Positions 17,650-21,556 of a DNA stretch of 21,556 nucleotides are shown piece after piece. Within the stretch, counting starts at the first letter, position 1. Every line of letters begins with the position of its first letter. The stretch is from an uncultured Dehalococcoidia bacterium. GTDB lineage: Bacteria; Chloroflexota; Dehalococcoidia; Lucifugimonadales; CAZEDC01. Under the pieces are notes generated by a model, which worked only from the letters and a program-made list of their open reading frames with translations, was not told the DNA's origin and did no database searches. The stretch covers positions 1 to 21,556 of the forward strand of contig CAZEDC010000086.1 in the NCBI GenBank assembly GCA_964510985.1. Reading direction: 5' to 3'. Made by a program: the position numbers and the translations under genes.

Positions 17650-17932
17650 TAACCGCGATCGGCTGACCGCGTCTTATGCCCGAACGGCGAATCGACTTAT
17701 TCCAGACTCTTGATCTACCCCCTCAACATTTGTATCACCCGTTCTCATAGTTCGGCAGGAGCAAGTCAGTGACGCGAGAGTGGCTAATGATGGGCCGGTT
17801 GAGACAAGCCGGTTCCTGCGTACTTGATGCAAGAATATTGCCGCTTCGCCATAAGAGTCCTCCGTTGCGTCCATGAGGTAGTTCATGGGTTAAGGCAATG
17901 CGGTCACTTACAATTTACGGACTTCCCTCAAC

Positions 17933-17968
17933 TTCGTACAACTCGTTATATAAGTACCACAGAGCAGG
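17933..17968. repeat. Conserved intergenic element, copy D (core only): TTCGTACAACTCGTTATATAAGTACCACAGAGCAGG
   Basis: Aligns with the cores of B and C (GTACAACTCG...TAT...ACCACA.AGCAGG). Overlaps the hflKC stop codon. No GATAAT box or palindromic block nearby. Confidence 0.5.
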
Positions 17969-19841
17969 TCAGGACCGCCCGCGGCGTGGTTCGAATTTCA
18001 GGTCGTGGAGCATTGGGAACAATAGGCAGAAACTTTGAGGTGATCATACCCTTGGATACTTTGTATGCCTCCAGACCGCGCTGATAACGGGACAACTCAG
18101 GCTCTTGAGCCAAGGCCTCGATGAAGATGTCTATGGCCGCTGATTCTCCCTCGTCCAGCAGGATGTTGGCGTCCCGCTCCGCCTCGGCCAGAATTATGGC
18201 TACTTGCTTATCCACGTCGGCGGTGATGGTCAGGTACACCTCCTCGCCCTCGGCGCGGAGCCTGGCCGCGTGGAAGGCACGCTCCGCCCGCATCCGATCA
18301 AATATGGACTGTTCAATATCTGGAGGGAAAGAGATCCTTTGTAGCCGAACGTCCACGATCTCGATGCCGAACTCGTTCTCTGAGGCCCTGACCTTCTGAT
18401 TGGCTCCCTGCACGACGAGCTGCATCATCGCCGCCCGAGTGGGGGTGCCATTCGCCATCATCCTGGGCTGGACGATGATGGACCCGTCATCCAGGACGAT
18501 GGTGTTGCCGCCGATGACGTCCTCCTGGGTTCGAAGGGCGACCTCCGCCCTGATCGCCGCGTTGACTATGTTGCCTACACGCGAATGGGCGGTGGACTCG
18601 GTCCCAAGCGTCGCAAGGAACTGCTCTGGGTCTGTGATCCTGTACCGGACGTAGGCGTCGACGATCAGGCGCCTCAATTCCAGGGTCAGCAGTGTGTCAG
18701 GAGACAGGTCGATGAGAAGCAGGCGATCGTCGAGGGGGGCGCCCGAATTGAAGAAGGGTAACCTGGCGGTTACCGCGGGGGCGTCAACAGACCCTGCGCC
18801 CTCGCTGTATCGCGTGAGAACAACCCGCTGCATGGGTGTCAGGGTGACGCGACGACTGGAGAGGAGATGGCCGCGAGGCCTTATGCCTTGAGCGCTATTT
18901 GATGTGGATTGGACTGCTTCTATGAACTCAGTGATACCGGGCAGGATACTCTCCAGGGATTCCAGATGAAGCCCCCTAAAAGTTGCGTCCTCCTCCTGAT
19001 CGTATGCGCAAAGAATCGACACAAAGCGATCCGTCTCCTCCTCGGCCTGGATGATGCGCACAGCCTTGGAAACTTCAGCCTCCTGGATGGTCTGGGCGGC
19101 CTGGACCACGACCGCAGGTATCTGGTCCCGCTCGTAGGCCAGGGCCTCGTGGATGCGCCTCTCCTTATCTACTCGTGCTCGTGCCATGTCGTCATAGGCG
19201 TCCCGGACCTCATCGGGCGGGCGCGCCGTCTGGAGCGCCACGTCCAAGACCTGGATCCCCGTTCTGTAGTCGTCCAGGATCTGCTGGAGCAGCAACCGGG
19301 TTTCGGCCCCGACCTCCTCCCCGCTTTCAGTGAGGATGTCGTCCATGCTACGCTGGCCCACCACCTGGCTTAGGGCCGCTTGAGTTGCATCTCTCAACGT
19401 GCGTCCATCGGGGCATCCCTCTGGGTCGGCCACGTTGGACACGAAGACATTCAGCTCTTTTATACGGTACTGGACCACCAGTTGCACATCGAGTATGTGC
19501 CAGTCCCCGGTGATTATCAGGGCCTCTGCCCGGACAGGCATGGTTGCGCCTGAGTCTGTGGTGCGGAAGCCAAGCTCCAAGGCCCAGACCTTCTCTGTGA
19601 GCGAACCCATGTCCTGGCCTGTTTCGCGCTCACACGGCGTCAGCGTTAGGGTTGCGGTTGCGGCTGCGGCTGCGGCTGCGGCTGCGGCAGGAGTATGCGT
19701 CGGTGTGGGCATGAGGATAGGAGAGGGTATAGGTGTGGCAGTCGGTGTAGGTGCCGGAGTGAGAGTAGGTTCAGCTTGATCGCATGCAGCCGCGACTGTC
19801 ACGAGTAGCCCAAGCATGACGAGGATGAAGCACCTTTTCAT
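17946..19841 (-). CDS. hflKC: Secreted or lipid-anchored protein with two SPFH/band-7 domains: an HflK-like domain followed by an HflC-like domain (apparent HflK-HflC fusion)
   Basis: The first half matches HflK (LDVALQTARPPDEVRDAYDDMARARVDKERRIHEALAYE). The second half matches HflC (GIEIVDVRLQRISFPPDIEQSIFDRMRAERAFHAARLRAEGEE...YQRGLEAYKVS). The N-terminus MKRCFILVMLGLLVTVAAAC is a signal peptide or lipobox, followed by a Pro/Thr/Ala-rich linker. The ATG at 19841 (AAGAGGTGG 3-5 nt upstream) is the likely start rather than 19856. The stop codon at 17946 lies inside element D. Confidence 0.75.
   Translation of the reverse strand: MKRCFILVMLGLLVTVAAACDQAEPTLTPAPTPTATPIPSPILMPTPTHTPAAAAAAAAAATATLTLTPCERETGQDMGSLTEKVWALELGFRTTDSGATMPVRAEALIITGDWHILDVQLVVQYRIKELNVFVSNVADPEGCPDGRTLRDATQAALSQVVGQRSMDDILTESGEEVGAETRLLLQQILDDYRTGIQVLDVALQTARPPDEVRDAYDDMARARVDKERRIHEALAYERDQIPAVVVQAAQTIQEAEVSKAVRIIQAEEETDRFVSILCAYDQEEDATFRGLHLESLESILPGITEFIEAVQSTSNSAQGIRPRGHLLSSRRVTLTPMQRVVLTRYSEGAGSVDAPAVTARLPFFNSGAPLDDRLLLIDLSPDTLLTLELRRLIVDAYVRYRITDPEQFLATLGTESTAHSRVGNIVNAAIRAEVALRTQEDVIGGNTIVLDDGSIIVQPRMMANGTPTRAAMMQLVVQGANQKVRASENEFGIEIVDVRLQRISFPPDIEQSIFDRMRAERAFHAARLRAEGEEVYLTITADVDKQVAIILAEAERDANILLDEGESAAIDIFIEALAQEPELSRYQRGLEAYKVSKGMITSKFLPIVPNAPRPEIRTTPRAVLTCSVVLI
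19651..19689. repeat. Hexanucleotide simple-sequence repeat (GTTGCG)2(GCTGCG)5 encoding the poly-Ala/Thr tract of the HflKC linker
   Basis: Tandem gcggttgcggttgcggctgcggctgcggctgcggctgcggc read directly from the sequence. In-frame, translating to AAAAAAAAATAT on the minus strand. Confidence 0.9.
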
Positions 19842-19890
19842 CGCCACCTCTTCCATTCACCCGATTGTGTGCAGTCCGTTGCCACCGGTA

Positions 19891-19986
19891 CTACAGGGCG
19901 ATAAACATTGCCAGGACGCGGGGCTTGTCCAGTGAGATGTAGCTGACAGCCTCCTCCGCAGAGTCGAACTCGACCTTCTCATCCAT
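19891..19986 (-). CDS. Candidate small ORF (31 aa, MDEKVEFDSAEEAVSYISLDKPRVLAMFIAL) directly upstream of hflKC
   Basis: ATG at 19986 with an AAGGAAAG Shine-Dalgarno 5-6 nt upstream. Ends ~50 nt before the hflKC start on the same strand. Not in the ORF track because it is shorter than 60 aa. The region overlaps a TTGTACC/CTTATCGA motif shared with the intergenic element family. Confidence 0.25.
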   Translation of the reverse strand: MDEKVEFDSAEEAVSYISLDKPRVLAMFIAL

Positions 19987-20286
19987 TGTTCTTTCCTTAT
20001 CGATCAAAGTTGTACCTCTGAGACGCGATGTGCGTCAGCCACCGTCATTATAGGTTGAGGAAGGGGGTGGTAGCGGTGGAATATGGTTACGTCTGAGGGT
20101 GAATCAGCAGGTAAACATTCAAACTCCGCTGGCACCTTACCCTACCTTCGTTGCCAACTCCAGGCAGAAACGAAGCCTGCGGTTTCACAAGTGTAGACTT
20201 GGCCGGCGGTATCACGCATGTGGATGTGTCCCACTATCACCGGCGTTCAACACCCGTAAAGGTTTGGTATAAACTGACTACAAATA

Positions 20287-21556
20287 CTATTTAGTCGAAT
20301 CGAGGTTCTTGAGTTGTGAATCGACTCCCTCTGCCTCTAATGATAACCTCCCCCATTCCTCCAAAAGGCAATGCGACTCGTTAGTGAGAACCTTATACTG
20401 TTCGCCCAATGCGGCCAACTGAGCTCTGTCACCGATCTGGTCTGGATTGGAAAACAACGCCTCCATCTGGGTGATCTGAGCCTCGTGGCTGACCAGAGTG
20501 GCATCGATTTTCTCTATACGAATAGCTAGCGTTCGGGCTTCCTTGCCGAGACTGCGACGCAACCTGTTTTCCAGACTCCGGGTTGATTCACGCCGTCTCT
20601 TGGTCGAACGACTGCGTACAGGGCCGGTCTTGGATGTGTTGTCCCCCGCGCCATCGTCAGATATACGAGAATTACCATCGGTGGTTTCTAGTTGTTTTCG
20701 ATGCAAGTAACTGTCGTAGTCCCCCGGGAAGATAGTTGCCTTGCCGTTCTTGATCTCAATGATCTTATTGGCGACCTGTCGTATGACAGTGCGATCATGG
20801 GTTATGAAGCAAATGGTTCCTCGGTAATCGCTGAGGGCATCGGTGAGGATCTCCCTTGACGTTATGTCCAGATGGTTAGTTGGTTCATCCAGGAAGAGCA
20901 AGTTGCTTCCTTGAACCAACAGCTTAGCCAACGCAACCCGCGCCTTTTCCCCACCTGACAATACGGATATGGACTTGCTGACGTCGTCGCCACTGAACAG
21001 GAACCCACCAAGGATATGTCGTAAATTCTGGTCGGATTCCACTGGTGCGGCCTGCTGGAGTTCCTCGATCAGGGTATTTGCAGGATTGAGAAGATCGAGT
21101 AAATGCTGAGCGTAGTAGGCTGTTATAATGTTGTGCCCAGTTCTCCTCTCACCTTCATCAAAAGGCAATACCCCTGCGAGTATTTTCAGCATGGTAGATT
21201 TTCCCGCACCGTTGGGTCCAACCAGGGCAATTCGGTCGCCGCGCTCCAAGATGAGGTCGAGACCGCGGTACACGGTGTGGTCGCCGTAGGCCTTACTCAC
21301 GTTAGTAAGAGAGATTACCACTGCGCCGCTTCGGGATGGTTCCGGGAAGGAATAATGAACCCTCTTGGTCGCCCTGGGTAGTTCAATGCGTTCTACGCGC
21401 TCCAGTTGCTTCAAACGGCTTTGCACCTGGGTGGCCTTCCGAGCTTTCGAGCGAAAACGCTCTACGAAGCGCATTTGCCTTTCGACCTCGCGCTGCTGCC
21501 TGGCGGCGGCCGACTGTTTGATCTTCAAGGAACGCTCACGGGCGACAATATAGTCA
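20287..21556 (-). CDS. ABC-F family ATPase (Uup/EttA/YheS-like), 5'-truncated by the window edge. Visible are the inter-domain linker, the second ABC domain and a C-terminal coiled-coil extension.
   Basis: Walker A (GPNGAGKST), signature ([11 protein letters not shown]), Walker B ([12 protein letters not shown]), H-loop (ITHD). The reading frame stays open to position 21556 (…LYIVARERS before the track's TTG), so the gene continues beyond the window. Arg/Lys-rich linker and a charged C-terminal tail. Confidence 0.85.
   Translation of the reverse strand, partial: DYIVARERSLKIKQSAAARQQREVERQMRFVERFRSKARKATQVQSRLKQLERVERIELPRATKRVHYSFPEPSRSGAVVISLTNVSKAYGDHTVYRGLDLILERGDRIALVGPNGAGKSTMLKILAGVLPFDEGERRTGHNIITAYYAQHLLDLLNPANTLIEELQQAAPVESDQNLRHILGGFLFSGDDVSKSISVLSGGEKARVALAKLLVQGSNLLFLDEPTNHLDITSREILTDALSDYRGTICFITHDRTVIRQVANKIIEIKNGKATIFPGDYDSYLHRKQLETTDGNSRISDDGAGDNTSKTGPVRSRSTKRRRESTRSLENRLRRSLGKEARTLAIRIEKIDATLVSHEAQITQMEALFSNPDQIGDRAQLAALGEQYKVLTNESHCLLEEWGRLSLEAEGVDSQLKNLDSTK

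Noticed and set aside
17674-17886. 70-aa minus-strand ORF in the AT-rich gap downstream of hflKC
   Set aside because: No ribosome-binding site, odd composition, and it lies in a convergent intergenic region. Probably non-coding.
17988-18000. tRNA T-loop-like GGTTCGAATTTC
   Set aside because: No matching T-stem, acceptor stem or D-arm could be folded around it, and it lies inside the hflKC coding region. Judged to be a chance match.
20200-20290. Candidate rho-independent terminators after the ABC-F and other minus-strand genes
   Set aside because: Only 4-5-bp stems without a U-tract were found (for example GUGGGACACAUCCAC, CAGGCUUCGUUUCUGCCUG). They are not convincing.
1-21556. CRISPR arrays, insertion sequence/transposase or integrase genes, rRNA or tRNA genes
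   Set aside because: There are no regularly spaced identical repeats, no recognisable transposase or integrase ORFs, and no terminal inverted repeats flanking the conserved elements. The element's 5' and 3' flanks are not inverted copies of each other.

Overview
This is a high-GC (~60%) bacterial window, probably a catabolic accessory region from a Chloroflexi- or Actinobacteria-like genome. Many genes start with GTG or TTG. I support about 16 protein genes and two short candidate ORFs.

Positions 1-13995 are all minus-strand genes, in order:
- M28 peptidase
- an unassignable 275-aa protein
- a URO-D/MtaA-family enzyme
- a CrtI-like FAD oxidoreductase
- a four-gene operon: Gfo/Idh/MocA oxidoreductase, double-hotdog MaoC hydratase, class-III CoA-transferase and crotonase
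- an IolD-like TPP-dependent 1,2-dione hydrolase
- an RraA-family (HMG/CHA-aldolase-like) protein

Positions 14397-17649 are plus-strand genes:
- a split D-glutamate-cyclase-like pair (DUF1445, then a probable DUF4392)
- an HpcH/HpaI class-II aldolase of atypically low GC
- a small hypothetical protein

The window ends with two minus-strand genes: an apparent HflK-HflC fusion with a signal peptide or lipobox, and a 5'-truncated ABC-F ATPase that runs off the window edge.

There are no rRNA, tRNA, CRISPR, transposase or integrase signals.

The most notable signal is a family of conserved non-coding elements with a ~45-nt core ('TCTTTGTAC[C/A]ACTCG-TAT...TCCCA-AAG-GCAGGG'), present five times in the window. 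Three copies sit at an almost fixed distance (143-152 nt) upstream of the start codons of minus-strand catabolic genes. Each of those three lies ~55-65 nt downstream of a conserved 'CAGCGATAAT'-like -10-type motif. An identical 18-mer, cccgggaaagattatcgc, also occurs twice. Together these look like a lineage-specific regulon signature or leader element that is not explained by the coding features.
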